Assembly (NCBI GenBank): GCA_030295235.1 | Contig: AP026124.1 | Location: 372,001-436,000 of the forward strand | Length of the DNA stretch: 64,000 nt | DNA from: Fistulifera solaris | Lineage: Eukaryota | Direction of reading: 5' to 3' | Part shown: piece after piece, positions 46,754 to 59,547 of the stretch | Numbering within the stretch: position 1 is the first letter of the stretch | Layout: every line of letters starts with the position of its first letter | Program-made: the position numbers and the translations under genes | The notes under the pieces: generated by a model | Seen by the model: the letters and a program-made list of their open reading frames with translations, nothing else | Databases searched by the model: none | Told to the model about the DNA's origin: nothing

Positions 46754-47082
46754 CCTCACAAATTTCGTTAAAAAAGTCTAAAAATCCAAGAGGGGAACCT
46801 GTTCACAGTGTATAATATTATATCTCGACCTGATGATTTAACAGCCAGCGCATTATCGTCGCAATGAATTTGGATATTGACGCGACTCAGATGGATGCAG
46901 TCCCGGAACGGGCTGCTTTACCATAACATTCGAGGAAGCGACCGACGATTGCCTTTGAGTGATCTACCCAACATAGTTGCCAACACAAGAACAGTCCTTT
47001 TTAACTAGTTTGAATCATATTGTGAAATGCAACATAACGTGCTCAAAGCCTATTTGAAGACTTTTACTAGAAACTTGATGGT

Positions 47083-48510
47083 CTAAAATTCACTATCGTT
47101 GTCCTCTAAAACTGGAACCGATTGTGAAGCAGCCGACACGTCATTAGCTGCTTCACGGCTGCCTCTCGTGGCGATGAAAAGCACCAGATATGTAATCGAG
47201 AAGAGGGTGAACACAATAATGAGTTTGACCATATGTCCTCCACAAATGGCATTCGCAGAGTTGTAAGCATTCCGGAAAGGAGCAATCGCTTTCTGAAATT
47301 TCTTCATGGACTCCAGTGTCGCATCCAGTTGCTCATCGCTCATTCCTTCAAACATGCTGAGACTCGACCGCATGGCCTCGACGGAAGTACCCGGCGGCAA
47401 CATAGATTGGACCATTTCTGGGTTTTCTTTCATCATTTTCATCAGGTCCCTCATCTGCTTTCCAGTCATATTTTCCAACATATTAGCAGTATCAACTGGA
47501 GGCTGTGATCCAGCAGTCATTGGCCCCGAAGGCTGTACTCCGGAACCGTTTTGCCGCATGCCCTTCTGCATCTGTTCTATTTCTTCGGTAGTCATGTCCT
47601 TCAGCTGATTTTTCATCATTTCTAGCATGGAGGGATTCATAGCCATCTGTTCTATTTGCACAATCGATTGCTCTATTTGCCCATCCGTCAAATGGGCGAA
47701 TTGCGGATTAAGCTTGCGTAGCTCATCCTTGCTAATACTTCGCATCATTTGAGCCTGATGCAGCAACTGCTCTGGTGTCATCTCTGCAATCGACTTTGGC
47801 TGCTGTTGCTGTGATGTAGCCCGCTGTAGCTCTTCAGGTGACATGTTCTGCGTTTGATTCACCATTTGTTGAAGCATCTGTGGATTGTCGGCCATCATTT
47901 CCATTTGCTCAGCGGCTTGTCGGATTTGTTCATCCGTCATATTGCGTAACTGAGGATTCATTCGACGCAGCTGAGCGGGAGGCACTGATTTCATCATTCG
48001 GGCCTGCTGGCGGATTTGATCAGGTGACATATCCGCCATTTGGTTCGCACGTGTCTTCATTTTGTTAGCTTTCGCGGCGAGTTCCGCTTCTTTTGCCTTT
48101 TCAAGAGCCGCCTTGGCATTTGCGTGGGCTAGGTACTCAAACGCATGCTCTGCTTTGATATTCTTTACTAGGCTGCGCATATCGGCAATGTCCATACCAG
48201 CAAAATTAGTAGTTCCGTCCTTTTCCTTCAAAATTGCTTTTAAATCTTGAATCGAGAGATCATCGACGGGTCTGACTTCATATTTCATATTTGCTGGCTT
48301 AATCCCAAGTATCTTCTTCCCAATGAGTACTTCTTGACGACCGTCTTCTTTGATGTCAGACTTCACGATACCCGCTTTGTCATTGAACTCCTTCGCATTG
48401 AGACCGTGAAGAACGACTTTGGCGTTCATCGGAAACGCTTTTGTTTCGCGTTTGGTCTCCGGCTGAACTTCCGGCGCCGAATCCTGTGCTAGTTCCGTTA
48501 TTTCTGACAT
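47083..48510 (-). CDS. STI1-repeat, Met/Gln-rich, tail-anchored protein (OEP61-like)
   Basis: Repeated M[ST]P[DE]Q and NP.ML motifs; single C-terminal TM (LIIVFTLFSITYLVLFIA). Confidence 0.6.
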   Translation of the reverse strand: MSEITELAQDSAPEVQPETKRETKAFPMNAKVVLHGLNAKEFNDKAGIVKSDIKEDGRQEVLIGKKILGIKPANMKYEVRPVDDLSIQDLKAILKEKDGTTNFAGMDIADMRSLVKNIKAEHAFEYLAHANAKAALEKAKEAELAAKANKMKTRANQMADMSPDQIRQQARMMKSVPPAQLRRMNPQLRNMTDEQIRQAAEQMEMMADNPQMLQQMVNQTQNMSPEELQRATSQQQQPKSIAEMTPEQLLHQAQMMRSISKDELRKLNPQFAHLTDGQIEQSIVQIEQMAMNPSMLEMMKNQLKDMTTEEIEQMQKGMRQNGSGVQPSGPMTAGSQPPVDTANMLENMTGKQMRDLMKMMKENPEMVQSMLPPGTSVEAMRSSLSMFEGMSDEQLDATLESMKKFQKAIAPFRNAYNSANAICGGHMVKLIIVFTLFSITYLVLFIATRGSREAANDVSAASQSVPVLEDNDSEF

Positions 48511-48992
48511 GATAACAAGGGATGTCTAACAAGGTTTGAGCTGTTGATGGTTTTTTAGGCTATTGTCGATGATTGATGGCGACCGATCGATGGAGATGGC
48601 GATCAAGCGAAGAGCGAAGAAACGGCGAGGGGAGGGTGGACGATGCTTACTACATAACCTATAGTAAATTTTATCACTATGACGCCGATTGGGAGTCCGC
48701 AAGTGCTTTATCAAAATCTGTCGCATCGATGATATGATGACGTGGCCCGATCTTTATTACTCCGGAGTAATAGTAGACGTGGAGGAGTGCCAGTCGCCGA
48801 AAAACATGACTACAACTGACAATGGACAGAACGGCGATAAGGACCCCGCGCGCAACCCACTAACAATTTGAACAACCCCAAAACAACACGAACACGGCCC
48901 AACACAAACGCGTGCAAAAAACAAAAAACAACATTCGAAAAGGGGACGATTGAGAAACAAGCAACAAGCAACCTAAAATCAACAGCTAAACT

Positions 48993-50351
48993 TATGTCGC
49001 GATCGGCTTTGTGGAGACAGGAAGGGAATTTTAAAGAGCGCGAGAAAAGGGCAGATGAAAATTTCCAGCTAGCTTGCGAGGAAGGTCGGCGTCGAAACAA
49101 TGCTTTACCGCTTTGGGGACCGGATGATTCATTTCATTTCAATCCTTTGTTGCTTCGAAACACCATTCAGTCTTCTTACTTTCAGACTTGCTGTGAGTCC
49201 TTATCGAATTGGAATGCTGTAATTGATGAAATTTACTACAAGGTCACGCACTTGCAGCCTTTTCAGGCAGAAAAATCTCCAAGGTAAGTCGTTTTTTTTG
49301 GAGACAGAAAAGGACGATATACATTCAGTAGTAAGTTCAGGAGAAAAAAACACCGTTTCAGCTGCTTGTTTGCTAACGTTTCCCTTTTTCGCTTGATTGA
49401 CAAAACAGCACGGCATTCTGTTTACTACTTCGCTTGCTCACTTTGCGAATGACGGCACATCAGATGGACTTGACTTTGAAACATGTCGATTCTCCGTATA
49501 TCCGCGGGATAGGGTTTCTATACCTCAGATACACTGGGCTTCCGGAAGAGATGTGGAAAAGGATTCAACCATATATCTACGACGAAGAAGAAATCCAAGT
49601 GGAGATGTCAGGTCGACCTACGACCGTCGGAGAATTTGTTCGGCGATTATTTTCGGGACGGGACTTTTGTGGAACAACTTTGCCTCGACTTCCTATTTTA
49701 GTTGAACGCGATCTACAGGTTAAGATACTCCAAGCTGATAAGGCTGCAAAGAGGGCGGCTTTTCACTTCAAAAACTCGGCGCGGATGGCTTATTTTCAGA
49801 CGCTTGGCAGTAAAGTCATGGCTCTATACGGAGATGATGAGAACCCGGTTCAATGGTACAAAGCAGAAATCGATAGAATCATTAATCGTGATGAGCAAAC
49901 GGGTGCGCAGCTGAAGTATCCGCGTTTTGTCGTGTCGTTTCCGGAATACGGGAATGTTGAAACGGTGACTTTGGGTGAATTGGATGCACTTGATGGCGAA
50001 TGGAAATATGACCGTAGTGTCCAAGCATCAGGAAGGGAAAGGCAACCATCAAGCGAAAGAGCTCTATACTACGAAGTCAGGCAACGTGAAAGAGAAAGTG
50101 TGACTGCAAATAGAAACTGGACTAGAAGACCGCCATCGACAAAGGATAACGGTGCTCCTGCAGGATATCGCCGACCGGAACCGGAATACAATAGCTACCG
50201 ACAAGCTAGTCAAAGACTTAACGAGCCCCGCGTCGATGCAACAACAAGCCGTGGAGAAAGTGTCAACACGGTAGTCCCCAGGAAGAGAAGTAAAGAAGAA
50301 GAAGCAGCAATTGCGGAAAAGAAACGGAGGTTGGCCGCGCGATACGGGTAA
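48993..50351 (+). CDS. PRP38: Pre-mRNA splicing factor PRP38B-like with a Tudor-like domain; intron 49284-49408
   Basis: NPLLLRNTIQSSYF, IDEIYYKV, PSTAFCLL, H.DSPYIRGIGFLYLRY and GTTLPRLP motifs. Confidence 0.85.
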
Positions 50352-50483
50352 TGCGTTACGTTATTCATGATGAGCAATTCAAGTAAGAGAAGACAGAATG
50401 GCTGCTATTTAGTTAAAGCGTTACAGTTACAGAGGGTCTATAGCGAATATACATGTGTGAGCCCAAGATGTTTGTACACCTGA

Positions 50484-52749
50484 CTAACTCTTCCCAGGTG
50501 TTGGTTTGACAAAGTCGACAATTGCAACAGTATTTGACGAGAAACATCCAGCGACTCGAGTTTCTTCTTTGTTCCACGCAACCTCAAATATATCGCCAGT
50601 TCCCTGGTAACTCTTGACATGACAGTTTTCCTTGATATCCCAGATATACATTTGCCCTGCAAGTGCCCCACTTGCTAAGTAGTCGCCAGAAGGAGAAAAA
50701 CTTACGGAGTAGACCGAGTCGCGATGACGATCGAAGACACGGTACCGTGAGCCATCTTCGATATTCCATAAAATTACCTTTCCATCAAATGAAGCAGTGG
50801 CCAGAGCGGTGGTCGTCCAGTTGTCACAGGACTCCATTTTAGAGTATATATCTCCTCAGAGTGATCTTTCAGGTCAAAAGCGGATCACTACGATCGGAGT
50901 CAACGTCCCAGATCTTCGCTGTGCAATCGTCGGAGCAGCTTGCTAGATATCTCCCTGTTGGATCCCATTTCACGCCATTGACTTCATCCGTATGCCCTAG
51001 ATAAACCTTCAAAGGCTTGGAAGACCCAACTTTACACACTTGCACAGTTTTGTCCGAAGAACAAGATGCAAAAGTTTCGTCATCTTTCCAGTCTACATCT
51101 AACGCAGGGGCATTATGCTCGGTGAACTGCTGGACAATGAAACCAGTTGATTCCGATACGTCCCAAACGATCGTTGTTCTGTCATAGCTGCCTGAGAGTA
51201 GATAGTTCCCTCTTTTGTTCCATTTCAGCGAAAAAACCGGACCATTATGACCACGAAGAGTATGTAAAAGAGCACCACTGAGGGACCAAATTCTCGCAAC
51301 CCCGTCGTAGCTACCCGTCGCAAGATATTCCCCATTTGAGGCCCATTCTAAAGTAGTAACATCTTTATTTTTTGAATCCCATCTATCGGTGCCATGAGGC
51401 AGCAGCTTCACAGAGTGATAACCGTCACGTGCGCATTTGCCGCCCATTTCCCATATTCTTGCAGACGCATCGCCGCTACCTGTTGCAATGTAATTTGTGT
51501 GAACAGGATTCCAAGCGCACATGAATACTTCCGAAACGTGCATCTCCAGAATCAAAACTTCTTCCTGCGTGGCTGCTGTAGCACTATCGTCTACTGCCGG
51601 AAGGCTCTTCGTATTGGCAAGAGCTGATGATTTGCTAGGGATCGAATCTGATTCGCCGTTTTCGCTATCATCCTTCTTTTTCTCTCCGTTTATCTTGACT
51701 TCGCCATTTTCACGCGCATGCGTTATTGTTGGCAACGATTCAGCTTTTTGATCTTGAGCAACCAAAGGAGCTGATTCTGTTTCATCGTTAGTGGTCTCGT
51801 CAATTGGAGGCTCCATCGGTTGCGGCTCTGTTTTGTTCTTCTCTGACTCACGTTCGGATGCAGGCTTCGGCTCTTCCATTTTCGGCATTTCGTCTTCCTT
51901 AACAGGCTCTCTTACAGAGAAGCTTTCTCGTGAAACATCATCGGCTTTTGCTGTCTTTAATTTCTTTCCACTTCGCTTTAATCCGGCAACTGCCCCACGC
52001 TTCCCCAAAGTTTGCGTGGCCGCGGCTGCATCATTTCCTTCTCTTTCACCGCTGGATTGTAACAAAGCAATATTCACCAAGCTTGCAACTTTACCATTAA
52101 TCTGCCTGTCCCCAGCAGCAAGCGAATTACCCATTTGTTGCTGTAACTGACTCATCGCTACCGCTGCTTGAGCTGCAGCCGCTTGCGCTACTAACGCCTG
52201 TCTCGCTAAAGTGCTCTGGTCTGCAGCTAATACTGGATCAAGACTTCCACCAAAAGACATGACCTGTCGATTCCTTAAATCCTCCTCTATTTTGGCTTGT
52301 GCCTCGAGTCTCGCCTTCACCGCAGCCGCAGCCGCCGCTGGAGGTACATTGAGTTGTATCGGTGGGTTTTCCCTCGTCATTGAAGCAATGGTCGCCGGCG
52401 AAAGCAGCGAAAAATCATTCTCATTCTCTACTTTCTTCCCGTCTGCTGAGTTTTCACGGTGCAAGCCCTCCTCTATTCCGACGTATTGTAGGCCTTTTTG
52501 CAAGAATGTAATGAGAGTTCCAGGTGGAACGATTTTGTCGATAGAGCGCAATCCTGTCCTACCCAGCATACTTTCATGTGCAAAGGAAAAAGCAGAATGA
52601 ACGAAACCACACTCCTGTAAATATCTACAATTAGAAAAATGCAATTCAAGAACGGTGAGCGCAAAGAAATGACTTTATCACGTAATAACAGGGTGTCGAA
52701 GGACGTACCGGAAGACAAGATAATTAACTTCGTCGCTCGAAACTGTCAT
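50484..52749 (-). CDS. TBL1: TBL1/ebi/HOS15-like LisH + WD40 corepressor; intron ~52627-52708, frameshift ~50870
   Basis: [47 protein letters not shown] and KDVTTLEW...ATGSYDGVARIW motifs. Confidence 0.9.
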
Positions 52750-53368
52750 CTGCGGCCTGCTTGTTGCAGCGAGAACATTTTCGTTCAACTCTACCGAAGT
52801 TTCTTCCATTTGATCTCCATCGGAGGTGTCCATTGATTGCGAAACCGAACCTGCCATGGTCCATTTAGGTGTATAAATAAATTTTGTTACCGAGTTGCTG
52901 TCGCTTCGTTCCTGCCGCCTCTGCCTCCACCATTCAAATCCTCCAGTCAGCCGCCCTCTGCAATTAACAACCGGAAGTACATTTGCGGAAAACTACTGTA
53001 GAACAGAAAGTGGAGTGGTTTGATGCGGCCACTGCAGTTTCCGTTGGGGGCAGTTTGGGTTTGGGATCTCCTCATTCCGAATCATCATCACTCATCGAAC
53101 TCATCGATGCTCAACTGCGACCAACAGACAAGAAGAAAATCTGGCACATAGTTGATTTCAAGATATCAATCTACTTAGTCACTCAATTAGAAAAAATTTA
53201 AGAACCAATGACCTTGACCGAGATACTACTTAGTATTAAACACGAAAGATGGGTACCGGATGCGTCAAACTGTAGAGCGACGCACAGCCTTGAAATTTGA
53301 AAAGAATGTCCGACCCACTTTTTCGTGAAAACCGTGCCGAAACTTCCTATCGTTTATTTTAATTCAAA

Positions 53369-54102
53369 TTATTCTAGAGACTCAAACTTCCCTTTGGACC
53401 AGTGGCAAACCAACTTCACTCGAAATTCTGCCAACTGGATGCCGAATTGCGTGAGGAGTTTGCATTGCTCAACGGTGAGATCGTCTCCTTCCTTGCAAAT
53501 ACTATACTCCTTTGGAATCAAAACAATTTTCCCATTCTTAATCTCCACAGGCATTCCAAGCTTTCTTAGTCCTTCCATCACACTCACTGGCTTATCATTC
53601 AGATCCTCGTCCGTAATCGAGATAGTTCTGTGCGCGACGGCTCCAGCACGTGCAAAGTCAGGCTCCACCAATTGCGCAAAGTATTCTTCGACCTCTTTTC
53701 TAGACTTGGAAGTCAAAAGCAAACCCACGTTGGCGCCATTGATAAAGTTAGAGACGTGCTGCAAGTCCGTTTCATACTCGTCCGCGTCGGATCTACCAAG
53801 GGCAATTTGCATCAATTTGTTCTTTCCCATGACAATTCGACTGTCAGCGAATTTCCAGCGGACGTCCTTAAATTTTGTACTGCGCATATTCTCGTACTGA
53901 AATACATATAATCGATCGTATTGGTCAATGCTATCTCGAAGTGTCTGAATGAAAGCAGATTTGTGATCACGAGTTGACCTTTTATCGGTTTGAGTCAACG
54001 CGACTGTTAAAGAAACGAATAAGTTGAGCTGGGCGCTTTACTTCAACAGCATTGAATCTCACTTGCAAACGTACCTGCCCTGTGTCTCTTGGATTTCGGC
54101 AT
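53369..54102 (-). CDS. MRT4: Ribosome assembly factor Mrt4; intron ~54004-54074
   Basis: MPKSKR + VALTQT.K, NMR, GKNKLMQIALGR, DFARAG, LRKLGMP and ICKEG..LT.EQ motifs. Confidence 0.92.
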
Positions 54103-54492
54103 GGTTTACGAAGATATTGTCTTGTGCAACAAGTTGGCCAGCAAGCAACTTTGTTGTATGTATATTCTTTCATGTCGAACCCCATGACAACGAAACACGA
54201 AGCTTTGGTTGGTGCGGGGCGCGCTGATCGCGCATTGCGCGCAAATGCCGCTCTGTCGTTCCCACATGTATCGCACAGGCACCCAGAAATCACGTTGTAT
54301 GAAAAGCCGACCAGCTGACGAGAACCTCCGAGGTTGCTTTTCACTCTATCTTTATGAAGTAGCTACTTGTCGAAAACGGCACCAACTCCAGAGCGAGGAA
54401 TAACGCCGGTCTTTTGGGCATCAATAACGCAGTTTTTCGGGCCAGTTGCTCTTCCATCCTTTGGTGTCATAAATTGCTTCTGACGATCAAAG

Positions 54493-55467
54493 ATGCCAAA
54501 AGAGGACTTCCAAGACAAATGCATTTCTCAAGCTGTGTTGGACCTTCGGAGGCGGCTAAGTTGTTTTGAAACGGAGGAAGGTAGATTAAAAGGGATCAAC
54601 TATCAACCTCGACCCGATGATGTTGCCATTTCCACCACTCCAAAAGCCGGAACGACTTGGATGCAGCAAATTTGTCATCAGATTCGATCTGCGGATAAAG
54701 GGGGCGATATGTCGTTCGATGAAATAAGTAGAGTTGTACCCTGGATTGAGCTTGCATTTGATCAGCATCAAGATCTCGAGGCGCCTCAGTTTGGACACGA
54801 CGAAGGAAAGCCAAGGATATTCAAAACTCACCTATGGGCGGATCACTGTCCACCTTTTCCGAAAATTATCAACGTCGTTCGTGATCCCTTCGATGTTGTT
54901 GTCAGTTTTTACCGCTTCTTTGAGGGCTGGTTTTTTGAGCCGGGCACGATTTCCTTGGATACTTTTGCAACAGAATTTTGGCTTGGACGTGGTGCTCCTG
55001 AAAGCAACATGAAAGCAGCATCTTATTTTCACCATCTTATATCTTGGTACGTCCGAAAGGACGATCCAAATGTTTTGATTATTTTCTTCGAGGATCTCAA
55101 AGAAGACCTTGAGAACCAAGTGCATCGATTATGCGAATTTCTTTCCAACGAACAGCATGATTTTGCAAAACCAGAAGTAGTCAAATTAGCTACTGAGCGA
55201 TCTACTTTTGAGTTCATGAAGAAGCACGAATCTCACTTTGACGAAAAACTATCCAAAATTTACCGGAACGAAGCTTGTTTTCTCCCGAAAGACGCTGGGA
55301 TGCATTTAAGCAAGCTAGTCAAAGGCAAAATTGGAGACGGTAAGTATCAATTAGGTGAATCGGTACGTCAGCGAATTAATGATAAATGGAAGGAGATTGT
55401 AGAGCCTGTGACTGGATGTACGACTTACGAAGAACTGAGAGTACAATTTAGAAATTCAGCAATTTAA
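54493..55467 (+). CDS. Cytosolic-type sulfotransferase
   Basis: PAPS-binding TPKAGTTW, FKTH, RDPFDVVVSFY, FEDLKED and STFEFMK motifs. Confidence 0.88.
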   Translation: MPKEDFQDKCISQAVLDLRRRLSCFETEEGRLKGINYQPRPDDVAISTTPKAGTTWMQQICHQIRSADKGGDMSFDEISRVVPWIELAFDQHQDLEAPQFGHDEGKPRIFKTHLWADHCPPFPKIINVVRDPFDVVVSFYRFFEGWFFEPGTISLDTFATEFWLGRGAPESNMKAASYFHHLISWYVRKDDPNVLIIFFEDLKEDLENQVHRLCEFLSNEQHDFAKPEVVKLATERSTFEFMKKHESHFDEKLSKIYRNEACFLPKDAGMHLSKLVKGKIGDGKYQLGESVRQRINDKWKEIVEPVTGCTTYEELRVQFRNSAI

Positions 55468-55516
55468 ACTAGATCATTCTCTAGAGTCCAATGCACTCAA
55501 ATTGTTCTTTCTCGAT

Positions 55517-55838
55517 TTAATGCGCTTGTTTTCCATGTTTCGCTTCGTACGCCTGTTTGGCTTCTTCCAAAAGAACAGCTCTTACACGCGTTAATTCTTT
55601 TCGACTGTGCAGGCACTCGAAGTAATCTTGACGCCTTTCGGAGCAAGGTTTTGAGTCTTTTCCCTCGCTTAGAAGCGTCTTTTGGTATTCGTGCTAACGT
55701 AGAATATTCATAAGAAACAGTGATATTCGATTTAGGGTGAAAAAGAAGATCAAATACACGTACCTGGCACTCCAAGAGATCATGATAGAAGCCGTAGCAC
55801 CGACCAGTAGTGCCGCGTACACCCATTCCGCTTGCCAT
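55517..55838 (-). CDS. NDUFS5: Complex I 15-kDa subunit (NDUFS5-like), one intron
   Basis: MASGMGVRGTTGRCY.FY...EC, then after the intron C...QDYFECLHSRKE (twin CX9C). Confidence 0.75.
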
Positions 55839-56011
55839 ATTCTATAATCGTATTCCAAATGGTAGGTAAAAAATAGAAAATATTGTGATCAACTTATGTT
55901 CTCAAATGAATATCCGATTGAAAGTGGACTTGTTAACAAGAATAGTTGAATACAGCATCAGCAACAATAGCATCATGGAGTAAGCTTCACGCTGCGTTTT
56001 GCAGCTCGCAG

Positions 56012-56048
56012 CGTACCAGGTACAAAGTACGGTACCGTACCTGGTACG
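56012..56048. promoter_or_regulatory. Nested palindrome in the divergent NDUFS5/rpl28 promoter
   Basis: CGTACCAGGTAC...GTACCTGGTACG 12-bp inverted repeat with an overlapping GTACGGTACCGTAC palindrome. Confidence 0.4.
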
Positions 56049-56308
56049 GAGCAAAACATAACGGTGAGATGTCACATCACTTCTTTGAATGTCGGACCTT
56101 TTACACAGCTCAGAACCGTATGGACAGAACTATCCCACTATTACGCTTCATAGCTCGGTAAATGCCTCCACTGACGTCTGACGCATTTCCTGCAAACTCA
56201 TAACCTATTCTCTGACTCTTGATGGTCCGCGTTCGTTGTGATGGTTGTGCCGCAGTCCGTCTTGTTCATGCTGTTGATGTTGTTTCAATAATCACTTGTT
56301 GTTTCATC

Positions 56309-56791
56309 ATGATGAAGAGCTTCCTTTCCTTAATCCTTGCCGCCTTGGTGATTATCCAAGTTCAGTCCTTTACTGGATACACCCCTGTCTTCGGGGCGGG
56401 CCAGAAAGTACGTATTTCCCTTCCATGATTGATGTTGCTCAGAGCCGTACCTTTACTCGAAGCAATACTTAAAATTCGTCTCTATTTCGTATTATTTACT
56501 CACCCTTGTTAATTTCCTTAGACGCAGAATGGATCGAACATGCAGATGCGAGCGCGAGTTTGTGACTTGTTGGGAAAGACACCCAACCGTCAAGCACGTG
56601 TTGTTACCTTCTCCCACAAGCGCAACAAGAAGGTTCAGGAAGTCAACTTGCAATGGAAACGATTCTTTTCTGAGGAACTGAACCGTAATGTGCGACTTCG
56701 TTTGAGCACCAAGGGAATCAAGACTGTCAACAAGTACGGAAGTATTGATAAGGCTGCCAAGAAGTTCGAATTGGACCTTGCCAAATTCTAA
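56309..56791 (+). CDS. rpl28: Plastid ribosomal protein bL28; intron 56408-56521
   Basis: Signal peptide + VQSF; ARVCDLLGK, FSHKRNKKVQEVNLQ and LRLSTKGIKT motifs. Confidence 0.88.
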
Positions 56792-56877
56792 AGAATTTCC
56801 ATCAGTTTAGAATAAATGGTCGCGTCTCAAGTTTTCGGCTATATAAACGTACATCGTCTATCTTATATGAAAAGGAT

Positions 56878-59547
56878 CTATGACTGGCATGTGATGCACA
56901 CATCATCGCGTTCGGCGTCTTCAATGTTTGCATACAAACTACTCGTTGCATCTTTCTCCACAGTGTATTGAATGGCGTTCACTGCTGGTTTCGTTCGTAG
57001 GTAGTACATCCCTGTCTTCAATCCTTTCTTCCACGCATAGAAATGCATAGCAGTTAGCTTGTCAACCGTAGGATCAGCGATGAAAAGATTGAGAGACTGA
57101 CTCTGGTCAATGAATTTGCCCCGATCAGCAGCCATGTCAATGATGTCCTTCATCTTGATTTCCCACACTGTCTTATAAAGTTCCTTTAGACGATCGGGTA
57201 TCTCGGGGATGTTTTGGACAGATCCGCCATCTCGCATCATCTGATTTCGTACCGAAGGAGTCCAGAGGCCTCTATCGGTCAAGTCTTGTAGGAGGTGAGG
57301 ATTGGCCATAATGAACTCACCTGCCCGCACTCTTCGAAGGTAGAGATTGGAGCTAAATGGCTCAAAGCATTCATTGACACCTAAGATTTGCGACGTTGAT
57401 GCAGTTGGCATTGGTGCAAGAAGGAGTGAGTTCCTCAAGCCGGTAGATAAGATGCGTTCTCGAAGTCTCCTCCAATCATATCCACCATTCGTTGAGACCT
57501 CATCTTCATACTTTTGAATAATACCTTGCTTCCCATTTCTGTGGCTTGGCGTTTGATCGTCGTCTAAGCCCCAGAGGTTGAACTGCAGCTTTCCTTGACT
57601 GGCAGGACTGCCTTCAAAGGAACTGTACGGACCTTCGGCTTCAGCCAGTTCGGCACTAGCCTCCAACGCGGCATGGTAAATCGTTTCGAATATGGCTTCG
57701 TTTACTTCTTTCGCTTGTTGGGAAGTAAACGGCAGCCCGAGACGCAGAAATGCATCTGCTAGACCGGAAACGCCGATTCCGATCGGACGATGATTCAAGT
57801 TTGATGTGCGGGCTCCTTCCACTGGATAGCTGTTGACGTCAATAATTTTGTTGAGGTTGCGGGTGACAACTTTCGTGGCACGATGCAGCGCTGCGTGGTC
57901 AAAAAGGCGCTACCCGAGTCGGGGTTACTTGACCCCACAGGGCCACGATCCGTCACAACGAACTTCGACAAACAGATACTAGCAAGGTTGCAAACAGCTA
58001 CTTCCTCTGGACTTGTATACTGGACAATTTCCGTGCAGAGATTACTGCACTGAATCGTTCCTAGATTCTTCTGGTTACTTTTCGTGTTGCACGCATCCTT
58101 GTACAACATATATGGCGTACCCGTCTCGATTTGAGACTGTAATATGGCACTCCAAAGTTCGCGTGCTCTGATTTGTTTGACGAAGCGACCTTCCCTTTCA
58201 TATCTCTCGTATAACACCTCAAAAGCGCTCCCGTACTGCTCGGGTAACCCAGGGCATTGTCGAGGGCACATCAGACTCCACACTCCATCTTCTTCGACAC
58301 GTTTCATAAACAGATCCGGAATCCAAAGCGCATAGAACAAGTCTCGTGCCCGATGCTCTTCTTTTCCGTGATTTTTCTTGAGATTTAATACATCAAATAT
58401 ATCAGAATGCCACGGTTCCAGGTAGACAGCAAAAGCTCCCGGCCGCTTGCCTCCTCCCTGGTCAACGTAACGACTTGTGGCGTCGTAAACTCGAAGCATG
58501 GGCACCAAGCCATTCGAAACTCCGCGTGTACCACGAATCGGTGTTCCTCGGGCTCGGATATTGTGAACAGATAAGCCAATTCCTCCTGCTGATTTCGAAA
58601 TTACCGCACATCTTTTGAGGGTGTCATAGATCCCAGAAATCGAATCGTCACTCATTTGTACAAGAAAGCACGACGAGAGTTGAGGATGAGTTGTACCTGA
58701 GTGAAAGAGCGTCGGTGAAGCATGCGTAAAGAGGCCTCGACTTAGAAAATCGTAAGTCTCAAACGCGGCCTCCAAATTCGCGTCTTCATTTTTTCGATTG
58801 GGATCGCAGCAATGAATCCCGAGAGCGACTCTCATGAGAAGATATTGCGGTCGCTCTATTATTCTATTTGTATCTGTTTTCAGCAAATAGGCCCGCTCAA
58901 GAGTTTTGAAGCCGAAGTAAGTCAGTTCAAGGTCTCGCTGGTGTTGAATTTGAGCATCAATTACTGGTCCCCTCCGTCGCACCAAGTCCACCAACATCGG
59001 ATTAATGAAGCTTTCTTCATCCTCTTCAGACAACACTTGGATTGCTTTGGAAAATGTGTCGGGGGTGTTTTTGTGATTTTGTGTTATCACAATACGAGCT
59101 GCCAATCGCGCGTAATCGGGGTGTTGTGTAGACAAACTAGCTGCCGATTCTGCAGCGAGGATATCCATTTCATGTGTAGTAACCTTAGGATAGATCCCTC
59201 TGACTATTGAGTCCGTGAGTGACTGTAAGTTAACAAACTGCAAGTTCAAGCCTTCCGATAAAGCCTTTAATCTGCGGTAGACCTTGTTGCGGTCCATTTT
59301 TCCAAACTTCCATCTCGTTTTGTTACACAATAGTCATCGTCGGGTAAAGTCAAGCCGTCCGTCGGGTCATCAAAGAGGAACAAATTTCGGCTAACATCTC
59401 CGCTGTCTTCGCTTTTATGTGAATTTTGTGTGGGTCTGCTTGAAAAGAATGGTGTGAACTGGGTGCGACCCCCTCCGATGCTGTGCTTGACACGGGCAGC
59501 GAAATGGCCAATAGAAAAATCGGTGATAGACGACGCATTTTAGCCAT
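56878..59547 (-). CDS. RNR1: Class Ia ribonucleotide reductase large subunit with N-terminal extension (frameshifts ~59515, ~59300, ~57900)
   Basis: ATP cone ([17 protein letters not shown]); [54 protein letters not shown] and KTGMYYLR motifs; C-terminal CITCQS. Confidence 0.93.
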
